A stretch of 64,000 nucleotides of DNA from Octopus vulgaris (taxonomy: Eukaryota): NCBI GenBank assembly GCA_951406725.2, contig OX597816.1:93062001-93126000 (forward strand), given 5' to 3'. Under the pieces are notes generated by a model. The model was given only the letters and a program-made list of their open reading frames with translations, had not been told where the DNA came from and made no database searches. Shown piece after piece: positions 12,641 to 25,796 of this stretch. Both the position numbers and the translations under genes were made by a program. Within the stretch, counting starts at the first letter, position 1. Each line of letters opens with the position of its first letter.

Positions 12641-12984
12641 TGTGTGAATAAAAGCATTTTTCTTTGGAATAGAAAAAAAGTCTATCTTTATTTCTTCTTT
12701 TGCTGGTGTCTCAAATTTAGGTTAATCAGTGTTTCTCAAAGGGGAGGCCTATGGGATGGTCGGAGAAGTTGTTTTGAGAAAATTTGGTTTAAATGTTTGA
12801 CAACTCAGCATGCTCTCTTTGACTAACTCGAAGAAGTATCATCATCATCACTACTGTTAACACCACCATCATCACAACCACTGCCACCACCACCTTAGTC
12901 ATCATCAGCAGCAGCTGCAACAGTATCTATGTCCATTTTTCAAACCCAAGCCACCATAGAAAAAAAGTGGACATAAATATGATG

Positions 12985-13140
12985 AATGGCAATGACATTG
13001 GTGACAGTGATTGTGGTGATGGCAATGATGATGATGATGACGATGGTGATAATAATGGTGATGACAATGACAATGACGATAATCATGATGAGGATGATGA
13101 TATTGATAATGATGATAATCATGATGATGATGATGATATA
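12985..13140. repeat. Degenerate (GAT)n microsatellite
   Basis: Directly visible. Confidence 0.9.
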
Positions 13141-13165
13141 CATAGAATTGTTACCCACTGTTGTA

Positions 13166-13547
13166 CAAGAGGGTGTGGAAAAGTTCCTGTCTTTAGGGGT
13201 ATTGCAAAAGGCCTGCTTAGAGGCCCCAGCTTTCCAAGCCCTGTAAAAGGTCTGAGAAAAACTAAAGGACCACTGCAATAAGTGTGTGAATCTGAGAGGA
13301 TCATCATCATCATCATCATTGTTTAGCGTCTGCTTTCGATGCTAGCATTGGTTGGACGGTTCAACAGGGGTCTGGGAAGCCAGGGGGCTGCACCAGGCCC
13401 AGTCTGATCTGGGAATGTTTCTACGGCTGGATGCCCTTCCTAACAACAACCACTCCATGAGTGTAGTGGGTGCTTTTTACGTGAATATGTTTAACAAAAT
13501 CATAATTAACTGACCCTCAAAGCCAGGAACTTTTTAGCAACCCCTTG
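13166..13547. mobile_element. Mariner-type MITE interrupted by an RTE-tail element (13300-13483, minus)
   Basis: TA-flanked imperfect TIRs caagagggtgtggaaaagttcctgtcttt / aaagccaggaactttttagcaaccccttg. Confidence 0.7.
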
Positions 13548-14249
13548 TATATCATTATTGGTCTTGTTGATAGATGAAAATATCTATGAACCAAAAAATC
13601 CCTCAGAACTGACATCACTTCTCAAGTTTCTCTTATTCTTCTCATTGTCAGACCTTGTTACCACTTAGCAAGAGTATATTGTTGTTTCTTGCAAATTACA
13701 TTTCCATACCTAATCAATTGCTTTTTTTTTTTTTTTTTTTTGAATACTCAGAGGCTTTTTCATCTCATCTATATTCTATTTTCCATGTTAGAAAATCTCA
13801 CAAAGCAATTACTACTCACAAACTATGAACATTTAATGAATTCCTTAAAGTTAGGGCTGCAAGAGTTAAGAGAAACACACCATTCAGAACCAGAACATAA
13901 TACATTGATGTGAAGCATTTTAATAGCTTACAGAAATATTTTACATAAAACAATTCATACAAAAAATATCAATAATTGTAACAAAGAATGATGTTTACAT
14001 CTATTATTAAGTTGAAGTTGACAACAATGTTTGAATAAGTACCATATTTTATCATAAAGTATTATCTTGGTTAATTTCATGTGGCTGCAAGAGAACTGGG
14101 GCTATTTTGTTTTTGTCTATTAATCTTAATCTCTGTTTGTTGCAAGGTGGGAGAATTTGTGTGTTCACGAGAGAAAAATATTCAAAATGTATGTGTGTGT
14201 GTGTGTGTGTGTGTAAAAAGAGAGAATGTTTTATTTGTGTCTTTTATCT

Positions 14250-14444
14250 TTTGCTTTCTACTTGTTTCAGTCATTTGGAGTGTGTTCATGCTGGGGCACT
14301 GCCTTGAAGGGTTTTAATCAAGCAAATCAACACCAGTACTTATTCTTAAGGCCTGTTACTTATTCTATTGTTCTGTTTTGCCAAACTGCTGAATTACAAG
14401 AATGTAAACACATGAACACTGGCTTTTGAGTAGAGGTGAGGGAG

Positions 14445-14500
<56 letters not shown>

Positions 14501-15112
14501 GCACACACACACACACACACACATAAACAGACATGTACTCTTTTACTTGTTTCAGTCATTTGACTGCTGCCATGCTGGAGCATCGCCATTTTAGTTGAGC
14601 AAATCGATCCCAGGACTTATTCTTTGGAAGCCTTGTACTTATTCCATCGGTCTCTTTAGCCAAACTGCTAAGTTATGGGGATGTAAACGCACCACCATCA
14701 GTTGTCAAGCGATGTTGGGGGAACAAACACAGATACACAAACATATACACACACATACATATATACGATGAGCTTCTTTTGGTTTTCGTCTACCAAATTC
14801 ACTCACAAGGCTTTGGTTGGCCCTAGGCTATAGTAGAAGACACTTGCCCAAGGTGCCACACAGTGGGAATGAACCCAGAACCATGTGGTTTGTAAGCAAG
14901 CTACTTACCACACGGCCACTCCTGTGCCTGTATATATATATATGTATATATACATGATGGGTTTCTTCCAGTTTCCTTCTACCAAATTCACATACTAAGC
15001 TTTGGTTGTTCTGAGGCTTGAAGAAGGCATTTGCCCAAAGTGCCATGCAGCGGAAATGAACCCAAGATCATATGGTTGAGAAGCAAACTTCCTACCACTC
15101 AGCCACACCTAT
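14250..15112 (-). mobile_element. Cluster of three SINE family A copies (14250-14450 partial, 14537-14928 full, 14945-15112 5' half)
   Basis: Reverse complement gives a tRNA head ggcacaggagtggccgtgtggtaag...gggttcattccc, core ccttgggcaagtgtcttctactatagcc and tail ctgaaacaagtaaaagag. Confidence 0.85.
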
Positions 15113-17226
15113 ACATATATGTGCATATTTGTTTATTATTACATTTTGGGATTAGTATGTGTATGTGTGTATGCATCTACTTTTCTGCATGCACCAAGGA
15201 TAAAGAATTAGCATAAGACGTATACGTGTATATGTCTATTTTTATACATGTCTATGCATCTGTACCTATTTTTGTCCGACTGTCTCCATATTCTGCTGCC
15301 AGGAGAGGAAAATGGAAAATCATTTTAATACACTGTATTACTTTGTCAATTTGGGCAAGTAACAGTTGTGCAATGATTGTGTGTTTGAGACTATCAGTTT
15401 TATTATGTGCCAATTTCAATGGATCTAGTCATTACTATAAGATATAATAAAAGCCGAAGCAATCAATAAGCAGGGTTTTGTCCCCACTTTTTTCACTGTA
15501 ATCTCGATCATAATCTTCAGCACTAGAATTATATAGAATTACAGATTAGAATTTTGCATTTTCTCTATTCAGTCGAGTATAAAAATAATCAAGCCATTGA
15601 TGTTAATATAGCAGTTTGTACATTAGTTTGTTACATTTACATACATGTTTATTGCCATATATGCATGTTTCTCTGTGTAATTCAAAGTGACATATAAAAT
15701 TGCTATACTAAAAAGAAATAGCTATAACCACACAATGGAAAGCTATGGAAATCAATAAGATCTGGAAATTACAGATACTGGAGGAAACAATAAACCAGCA
15801 AAAGACAACAGATAACCATGACATTGTTTAGGTTTGGTAAAACTATGCTGGTTCCAATAAACAGTTCTCAGGGACTGTTTCATATAATCCAACAGCTAGA
15901 TTAAGATGCACCAGAAAGTGCTGTTTTATTGAAGTAACTAGAGAGAGAAAAAATAAAGAAATCATTAAGTTTGAACTCAACAGTTTCAGAGCCGTTTCTT
16001 TCTCTGCAAACAATATCAACTAATATGATTAGGATAGTCATGCAGCTCAAATTCTAAACCAAAAGACAAGTGGCCATTCTTACACTGAAATAGATTTTTC
16101 TTCTTTTTTAGAATTGAAAGAGAATTGTAAATTTGATTTGCAGAAAATAAAACTGAAATGAGTGGTAGGCAGTCTTTGGTGGTACAACTGTCGTTGTTCT
16201 TCCAGTTCCTGTTGTTGTTGTTGTTGTTGTTGCTGCTGCTGCTGTTCTTTTTATTACAGATATTAACGCTCACTGTTTCTTTTTTCTTATCTTTCTTTGT
16301 TTTCATTTTTTTTTACTTCCACTTACCAATTGGAAATCTAATTTTGAGTAGCTTCATAAATGTTGTGAAATGAAGTGCAAATCAACAGCAGTTATAAAGA
16401 AACGAAACAGTGACTTAGGCAATAGAAGAGAACGAAAGAGTACAAACTCGTGAAGAAGTAAGAGGTGGAAGAAAGAGAAAGTGGAACAGATGAAGGAGAA
16501 GGAAGAAGGAAAAAAAAAGAAGCAAGAGTATCAGAGAATATAAGGGGAAAGAAAATATAAGACAAGAGAAGAGGGGGGAATAAAACTGAATGAGTATAGA
16601 AGGAGGTGGAAAGAAGTAATTGGAAAAAAACATTGTAAAGAGAATGGTGAAGCAGGAGAAACAAAAATGGTACAAATAGAGTGGAAGTGAAAATGAAGGA
16701 GGAGAAGGACGAAAAAGAATTATGAGAAATACTGTGACATAAATTTTAATTCAGCTAAGAGAGGAGAGAAATATGTGTATAATGAAAATAATCAGTTATA
16801 GCTCTAATCAATATTATAATTGTTTCTTATATAGATATTTTGGATATAGAAATTTGTAACTTTCATACCATTCCTAAAAATCAATAATGAAGGGAAATGA
16901 TTGCATCTGGAAATCAAAACTAGGTCACAAAAACCAACTTGACAAGGACTTGCCACTATTTTATAAAAATAATAAAATTAATTGACTAGTTTTTGGCATC
17001 ATCTACTACTTCATCAGAGTGATGTTACTCATTTTTCTGAGTGCAAAAAGAATAGAGAATTATAGCTATTTTATGCTACACACAAATTCAGGGCTAAATT
17101 GGTCTGCCCAAATTCAGATAACTGTGAAAATATCAGCCATGAGAATAATTAATTAATATAAGCATTACATGTCTTATGATATAAACAGTAATTGTGAGCA
17201 AGTGTTTTTAGGAAACACTTGTTTAA

Positions 17227-17542
17227 CCCCTTACCCGGCAAAGACGATTTAACTTGTCTTCACCCAATTTGTTTTTTTCAGAGTTTGACGAGTAAATTCG
17301 TCCAAAACATAATTTCAAAAACAGCCACAAACGAGTTTATACATCAATTCTTGACATTTCTTGGTTTTTATCTGTCTTGTTTTTAATAAATCACGCCTAG
17401 ATGTCGAGCTCAGAAAATGACAATGCGTATGAACCTTCTATTAGAAACTTAGATACATCAGATGTGAGTGCAAGCTCATCTGATAAGAAAAATTTGTCTG
17501 AAAATGAGACATTTTTTCCCAAAAAGCTGCCAGGGAAGGGGG
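17227..17542. mobile_element. piggyBac-type MITE
   Basis: TTAA at 17223-17226 and 17543-17546; TIRs ccccttacccggca / tgccagggaagggg. Confidence 0.75.
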
Positions 17543-17561
17543 TTAAGCTTGCTAATGCAGC

Positions 17562-18515
17562 AAGCTGGCAGAATCATTAGCATGCTGGGCAAAATGTTTA
17601 GTGGCATTTCACCTATCTATATGTTCAGAGTTCAAAGACTGCTGAGGTCAACTTTGCCTTTCATCCTTTTGGGGTTGATAAAACAAGTAGCATTTGAGCA
17701 CTGGGGTCAATATAATTGATTTACCCACCCCACCAAAATTGCTGGCCTTGTGCCAAAATTTGAAACCAATATTTTAGTGGTGTAAGGCAGAAAGCTGGCA
17801 GAAATGTTAACATACTGGGCAAAATATTTTGCAGCATTTCATCTGTCTTTACTTTCATCATCATCGTTTAACGTCCGCTTTCCATGCTAGCATGGGTTGG
17901 ACGATTTGACTGAGGACTGGCGAACCAGATGGCTGAGTTTCTACAGCTGGATGCCCTTCCTAATGCCAACCACTCCAAGAGTGTAGTAGGTGCTTTTACG
18001 TGCCACCAGCACAGGGGCCAGTCAGGCAGTACTGGCAACTATCTTGCTCGAATGTTTTTTTCACATGCCACTGGCACAAATGCCAGTAAGGCAATGCTGA
18101 TAACGATCACACTCGAACGATGCCTTTTACATGCCACTGGCACGGAAGCCAGTTGGCTGCTCTGGCAACGATCACACTTGCATGGTGCTCTTAGCGCCCC
18201 ACTAGCATGGGGCACAAGTGTCAGTAAGGCAACCCTGGTAACGATCACGCTCAAATGGTGCCTTTTACATGCCACCGGCATGGAAGTCAGTTAGCCACTC
18301 TGTCAACGATCATACTTGGATGGGGCTCTTAGCACCCCACTAGCATGGATGCCAATCATCGAATTTGATTTCTGAATTCAAATTCCACCAGGGTTGACTT
18401 TGCCTTTCATTCTTTTGGGGTCGATAAAATAAGTACCAGTCAAGTACTGGGATTGATGTAATTGACTTACCCTCTCCCTCAAACTTGCTAGCTTTGTGCC
18501 AAAATTTGAAATCAA
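17562..18515 (+). mobile_element. Two tandem SINE family B copies; the second is interrupted by an RTE-tail element (17856-18370, minus)
   Basis: Second copy flanked by TSD-like aatattttagtggtgtaag / aatactttagtgatgtaag; body resumes tctgaattcaaattcc after the insertion. Confidence 0.8.
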
Positions 18516-19805
18516 TACTTTAGTGATGTAAGATAAACTTTCAAGAACCTGTTTTTAGTAAATTAATTGTTTAATCTAGTTAACATTTTGTAAGTGAGGG
18601 TCTAATATTTTTACTGGTTTTTATTTAATTAATGGTGTCCATATCACTTGTGATGGTAATTGCTTAAAATCACTTCACAAACAAAAGATTTCTTGTAAAG
18701 AATAAATGCTTTCACAAAGAGGAAATATGTGTGTATGTTGTGAACAAACTTACAATACTAACTGCTTTAAAAAACCTCAATATCTGTTTATTTTACTTCA
18801 TTTTAAATTTCTAGCTGTGTGTATAATAGTTCACCACACAATCATGTTTGTGATCCCATTTCAAGGCACTTTGGGCAGATGTTTTCTACTACAACCTTGG
18901 GTTGATCAATATTGTGTGAAAAGAATTTAGTATAGAAGCTGTGTGGAAAGCCATCATATGTGTGTTTATGTGTTAGTGTGCATGTATCTGTGAGTGTATG
19001 CGTCTGTGATATCTGTATGTGTGTGTGTATGTGAGTGCATGCATGTTGAACAGTTAGTGTGCATATGCGTGCATGTGTGTATGTGTGTGTGTGTGTGTTA
19101 ATAGTCTTACTCCGAACTGCATTACTTAAAGTTTCACAGGAGTGGAAGAATACTTCTGATTATTTGAATGTTGAGTTTTGAGTGACAAGGTTTCCACAGG
19201 TTCTAAATAAGGTCGCTTATCATGGAATGATGAGTAAGGCTCATCCTCATCCTCCTGAGCACTACACTAGGATATCATCAAAGGATAGTAAAAGACATCC
19301 AATAAACCCTTGCTTTGGAGAAGCAGAATCCTCTCAGTGGGCAAGAGTTTTGATTGCGTAGCAATAAAATTTAAGAAGAGTAATTTACCTTAACATTATG
19401 TGCATTAAAAGGCTTATGGCATTTATATGAGTCTAAAAGAATGGGCTCAAGAAGTATGATTTAAATCATTAACAAGATCTCTCCCTATTTATTACATTTA
19501 TCTCCTTTGTCTCCATTAGAAACTTAGCATATTGCAACAGGTAGTTGTTTTCCTTGAGAAAATTGAACAGCCATTTTGCTATCACAGGCGGTGATCTCTA
19601 CAGGCTAATTTTAAATCATTAGCTCTCAGTAGCCACATATGCTCATTGCCTTTCTTTACATGTTTTACACTTTTGTATCACCACAAAGCTCACTGATTTC
19701 ATTTGCATAAGAAGGGAACTATAATCTTACTATCACTAACTGCATGTCATTTGATATTAATACTTTCTATGAAAGTCAACTAATATTTCTGTTGCTATTC
19801 TGTAG

Positions 19806-19952
19806 GCTCTATTGAAAACTCTAACAACAAAGGAGACTACACTTGTCCAAGAGGCTGAAGTTGTCTCCCACCTGGTAGCAGTCAGCAACCACCAATTCCA
19901 TCCCCAAAAATCGCAGCCTCACTCTGCAGAAGCAGTCTTCAGCAGCCAATAA
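19806..19952 (+). other. Candidate terminal exon
   Basis: Branch-like ctaat plus pyrimidine tract plus tag acceptor; open frame ALLKTLTTKETTLVQEAEVVSHLVAVSNHQFHPQKSQPHSAEAVFSSQ*; AATAAA near 20228; no homology recognised. Confidence 0.2.
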
Positions 19953-20274
19953 CAATTGGGAGCAGTTAACAGCTTCTAGTCCCACTATGTGATCTGAAGC
20001 AACTAATGAGAAGAAGCCTTAGTCATTATCCAACGACAGCTAGCCTGATTTGAAATATCTAAAAGCCTTACTACATAGAAAAAAGCATTAGTATGATCAA
20101 GAGTGTTTTTCTTACTCTTCTGTAACTTTAGGAAATATGACTATGAGTGAAATTATGAATGCAAATACCTCCATGAGAATGTATACTTATTTGCATAAAT
20201 AATTCCTTTATTCATTTCTTTCACTGTAAATAAATAAATCTCTCTTCTATTTTTTAATTATTATAAATCTTCTA

Positions 20275-21212
20275 CTGAGGAGGGAGCCAGTTTCCAACAA
20301 AGATGCAAGGCTTCATCTTTGGGATGTAGTTTACACAGAGAAATTCACATTTGGAACTTGAGAAAAGTCTTGCATATTTTTACTGTTCCACTCACAGACT
20401 GCACCTGTATGAATTAGCCAGTTGATTTCTCTTTCTGAAAATCCCAGTTTATCCAGATTCTCCTTTAAGTATTACTAACAAAACCTAGTGCTCTAATTAT
20501 TATTGGCATGAATATGAATTCATAGTCTGAAAATAGAATCTGGAGGTTTTGAAGCAACTGTCCATAGATATCCTCTTTTCTTTTGATTTTCAAAGAGATA
20601 TTTATATCTGTAGGGCAGCTGACCTCTATGACAGTACATACCTTTACCCCTCTGTCCCAAACAACAATATCCAGCCTGTTATGTCTATATTTAACAGAAG
20701 TTTTGATGGGAAAATTCCACCAGTATTCCTTGAGTTGGTGGTTATGAATGTATTCCATAACAGAGGGATTTTCTAAATTTATTCCAGGACAGTCATTCTC
20801 ATGGATGGCATTGTAAATTGTTTTAGCGACATCATACCATATAGGGAGGTAGTACTGTGATTACATTTTAGCACAGCTGCTAATCACATGCATTATGTCT
20901 TCCACAGAGACATTACATAGCCTACACATGTGGTTGCACCTTAGGATTACAAGAGCATCAGTGTCTCTCTTGTTCACTAGGTACTTTGCGGCAATTTCCT
21001 GTTCCTGGATTGAAAACACAGCCTTCAAAGTGTAATGTGATATAGTGATCTTGTGTCCAAGAGAGACTGTACTCTGTGTCAATTCTACCATCTTCTTCAA
21101 GTTTCTGGCAAACATACCCATGCATGGTCTTTTTTTTTTTTTGTATGCTGAGTGCTTTCCATCCAGGTCTTCTCTGAGGTAAGAGAGCCCAGCTGTTTTG
21201 GGACTATATGTA

Positions 21213-21252
<40 letters not shown>

Positions 21253-21340
21253 GGTATGTACGTTCATAAGAAACATTGTATTTAAAGTTTTGGCTCTCAG
21301 AAAAGGCCAGGCAGGACTTCATTATTGATATCAAGATGCC
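20275..21340 (-). mobile_element. Decayed non-LTR retrotransposon with restriction-like endonuclease (R4/Dong-like)
   Basis: CCHC knuckle CRLCNVSVEDIMHVISSC, HNRLDIVVWD (RPD-like), IEVSCP, IIIRALG motifs in ORFs 20861-21334 and 20465-20758. Confidence 0.9.
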
Positions 21341-22019
21341 CTCTAACTACTGTTATTTTCATGATGCATTGGTGCACAATGGATAACAAAAGTTGATATT
21401 CTACTGATAAGCCAACAAATGTACATAAGTGTATATATCTCTAGATAACAGGAGTCATTTCTCTATCATTGTGTAACAGCTGAGTAGAGTTAACTGTAAA
21501 AAGCTTGCCTTAAAAATAAAGTCCACCAATAAATATATTCAGGCAGTTTATATGCACACAGGGAATATTAGCACATCAGAAGCTAATACATTCTGAAGAA
21601 CTTGATGAATAATGACTTCTTTTTTTTCCTAAAAATAGTATAGCAGTCACTTCAAGTACCAAGTAATAGTAAATTGCTGAAATGTAGCTGTCAGCTTTCA
21701 ACTAATCTCTAAGTGATATTCATCAAAGAGATTCTAATTTTGTTTCTCTCTATCTAAATGCCCTGGCTACAACTTTCCATTGCCTTCCTTACAAAGCACC
21801 ATCTTAGTCAACTTGATACAAACGTGTTCAATACACCTGCATGAATACTCAGTACATAAAGAACCAGAACAAATGCTGTGAAATATTTCATTCAATGCAC
21901 TCATAATTCTGCCATTCCATACTTTGGACAGGTTCTTTATTTCATCAACCTTAGAAGAGTGAAAGTCTAAGTTGACTTCAGCAAGATCTGAACACAATAT
22001 GCAAATAGTCTGAACAAAT

Positions 22020-22960
22020 ACAGTATGGCAATCTATCTAAGGATTCTGCTAATTCATAATCTTCAAAAATTTTTTTGTCAATGCTCTAACTTATCTTCAT
22101 TAAGTTTTATTCTTCATACACTTTTAAATTGGGCTCCAAGTAAATTCAATTTACAAGGTGGTTGATGTTATGATAAGGATGTCATCTTGATATGATAATA
22201 ATTTTCTATATTCCATCTCAGACAGCATGTTCTTCACTACCTGATCTCTTACAAAGAAAATTTAAGAATTTTCAGGTATTATGCATATGCATTTTAACTT
22301 GATTGTATTATCTGTCTTTGACGTCAATGAAAAAAAGAACTGCTCTGAACCATTCCCATTATTCACCATATTTCCTATTAGTAATATCATACAGAAATTA
22401 ACGTGCCAAGTTGGTTTGTCTTTTCAAATTAATATATAATGATCCAAAGTCATTTGGCCAGTTTGCACTTTCTAAACTGATCTCAGATAAAACACTTCAC
22501 ACACTTGACCATCAGAATCCTTCTATTGAAGACAGAGGTGAAGAAAACAAACAAGAGATAAAGAAGAAGACAAACAAGTAGGTGTTTACCTCTAAGCAGG
22601 GATTTTCAAATATTTAAAGTGATATATCAATAGTAAGAAGGTTTTGATATTGCTTGAAATCATATCCATGATAGATTTCTCAAATTAGTGCTGTACCAAT
22701 ATCTAAATATCCAATTCTGCTCCATAGCAAGGTTTACCTTGAGGAAAAGCTAGCTTTCAGTAGTATGTCCTTCAATCTGCTTTATGAAGAATTATAGGCA
22801 TCAAGAGATCCTTCTTGTTTTCTTTGAAAATAGCTGTTGTAATATTTCTGACTCTTCTCTTTCACAGCAATGAGAACACCATCTCAACAACTCTTCTGCA
22901 GATGCCAATCTGAAGGCCACATTTCCTCAAAACATTTTTTTTTACAAACACTCTTTAAGG
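22020..22960 (-). pseudogene. Highly decayed Tc1/mariner-like transposase (tentative)
   Basis: Fragmentary PYH...IEFTWSPI resembling PPYHCELNPIE.W motif; many stops. Confidence 0.3.
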
Positions 22961-23479
22961 AAAATTCTACATGAATTGAGAATGCATTCTTAGATTACAG
23001 CCATACAGCACCTTTCCAAAAGTAGTGAGAAAATGAAGAAGACACAAGAAGGAAAAATAACTATTGTTGGTATTGCTGCTACTGATGATGATGATGGGGG
23101 GTGGTGCAGAAAGAAGGAAAGGAAAAAGACCGAAAACAGAAGAAGAAGAAGAAGAAGAAGAAGAAGAAGAAGAAATGATGAAAAAGAGAAGGAAGAGAAG
23201 CTGGAGATAGTGAAGTGGAGTGGAAGGAGGAGATTTTGTTAAAATTGTCTTTATTGCCAGATGTGTAGAGTTATTGATTAGGCAAGCATGTTATATGTTG
23301 GTGAAATTGTTTGTAAACCCAATGGCTATATATTTGAGATGAATATAAGTTGGTTTCTGCAATCTATAAATAGTTTCTGAATGAATAGAATATGTCTGTT
23401 TACATGCACACAAATACACAAAGATCATGTATAACATACACATATCCATTTGCCTCATATATAGACACACTACGTATAC

Positions 23480-23585
23480 ATATATATACATGCATATATA
23501 TATATATATATATAAATATATGCACATATATATGTAATTACATGTGTGTATATGTATATATATATATATGCACATATGTAATTAC

Positions 23586-23634
<49 letters not shown>

Positions 23635-23645
23635 TATGTAATTAC

Positions 23646-23692
<47 letters not shown>

Positions 23693-23794
23693 TATATATG
23701 TAATTACATGTGTATATATACATATATATATGCACATATATATGTAATTACATGTGTGTGTATATATATATATATATGCACATATATATGTAAT

Positions 23795-23873
<79 letters not shown>

Positions 23874-23875
23874 AT
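23480..23875. repeat. Higher-order minisatellite: (TA)n-tgcacata-(TA)n-tgtaattacatg, about 6 units
   Basis: Palindrome atgtaattacat recurs between variable (TA)n spacers. Confidence 0.9.
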
Positions 23876-23879
23876 ATAT

Positions 23880-24136
23880 CTGGCACGTAAAAAGCACCAT
23901 TCAAGTGTAGTTGATGCCATTATTGCTAGTACTGCCTAACTGGCCCTCATGCTGGTGGCATGTAAAAAGCACCCACTACACTCTCGGAGTGCTTGGCATT
24001 AGGAAGGGCATCCAGCTGTAAAAACTTTGCAACATCAGATTGGAGCCTGGTGCAGCCTTCTGGCTTGCCAGCTCTCAGTCAAACCATCCAACACATGCCA
24101 GCATGGAAAATAGATGTTAAACAACAACGATGATGA
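23880..24136 (+). mobile_element. RTE 3'UTR-tail element
   Basis: ggcacgtaaaaagcacc...ggaagggcatccagctgta...gttaaacaacaacgatgatg. Confidence 0.8.
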
Positions 24137-24142
24137 TATGTA

Positions 24143-24232
<90 letters not shown>

Positions 24233-24377
24233 CATACACATGATGCTTACTTCCAAACCATGCATTCTCTGGTTCAATCCCACAGTGTGGAGCCTTCAGC
24301 AAGTATTTTTGCTATAACCCTGGGCTGATCAAAGCCTTAAGAGTGGATATGGGAGATAGAAACAAGAAGTCAGTCCG

Positions 24378-24442
<65 letters not shown>

Positions 24443-25399
24443 ATATTTGTACTTTTGTCTTGATATTATGTGATGGTTGTAAACAAGAAACCTCATCATA
24501 GTTGTGATGTTGTTCATTTCTAGTCTTTGGTGTAGAATATGTTCTGGCTATGGAGAAATATTACTTTGCCTGGAAGCAGGTAACATTTAGTAATATGAAG
24601 GGCATCTGGCCATAAAAAATTTGCCTTAAAAAATTCTGTTTGGAAAAGTGGACATTAAATGGGGGATTCAATCTTGGAAGCACATGTGTTAAATGATGGT
24701 AGTGACGAGGTGTACAGTGAGGTCAGAAATGATAATTTTCATACATAATTCTTAATACACTCCAGCATTTTCAAATGCAAAATATATTAGTCACTGATGT
24801 GTATGTTACAAGAGAGTAACATTCCCATTTTAAAATGACAGTGTGTTCAGAACATAGCTTATCAGTGCAAAGGATTCCAAGACACCTTAAAGAATAAATT
24901 AATTATACAAATCGTCATTTCAGATCTCACCGTACACAGTGCTAAGAATGATTCTTTATCAGATGGCAGATATAAGCACCTAGCAGCAAACATTTTTGTT
25001 CATGATATTATGTGCAAAACCAGATGCTTGTTTAGGCATAAAGGGCTGGGTGCTTCTGTCTGACAAACATATGCTGAAACACCAGTGGCTCAGAATCTCT
25101 TGCTCAAATAAGCCAAGTATGTCATGAATATATTGCTGTGTTAAAAGGGAGATGTTGTTCTCCACTGAAGTACACGACAATGATTAGCATATTTGGTGTT
25201 TAAATCTGTTGAAATGTATTAAGAATAAATTATGCAAATCCTCGTTTCAGATCTCACTGTATAAAATGCAAAGAATGACTTTTTGTAAGTTATTTGTGGA
25301 TCCCTAAAAATACGTGAAACACTTCAAAATTTCAGTCTGCTGTTTGTATCATACACGTGGGCAAAGAAACATATGTATACGTTTCCTTAATTCCTTTGA

Positions 25400-25720
25400 C
25401 TCCATGTGGATCATTGGGCACCAGTTAGAGATAACCATCTGTCTTGATCTTCAGTAATTAATTGCAATTGTCCTTAGGTGTAGCTGCTTATCAGTGCTTC
25501 AGTTTCTGTGAACTGAACCTTCTCCATCTTGATTTTGATTTACCACACTTCTGTCTTCCTTAGAGTGTCCACCAGAGAGCCTACATTGCAATGTTGGAAA
25601 CAGGTTTTCCATAGAGTATGTCTCAGCCAATCCCATTTCCTCTTCTTGATCTGGGTTTTTATAGACTCTTGGTTTGATTGTTCCCATAAGACTGTTTGTG
25701 AGTCTACTTTACCATCTTAC
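25400..25720 (-). mobile_element. RTE-like LINE 3' fragment
   Basis: IKTQIKKRKWDWLRHTL..., W.PMIHMESKE end typical of RTE C-termini. Confidence 0.55.
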
Positions 25721-25734
25721 TTAAAGATATGAAA

Positions 25735-25796
25735 TGAAGAAGAAGAAGAAGAAGAAGAAGAAGAAGAAGAAGAAGAAGAAGAAGAAGAAGAAGAAG
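25735..25796. repeat. (AAG)n microsatellite
   Basis: Directly visible. Confidence 0.95.

Noticed and set aside
19200-19361. Short open frame VLNKVAYHGMMSKAHPHPP... behind tttccacag
   Set aside because: Weak acceptor, no donor or homology support
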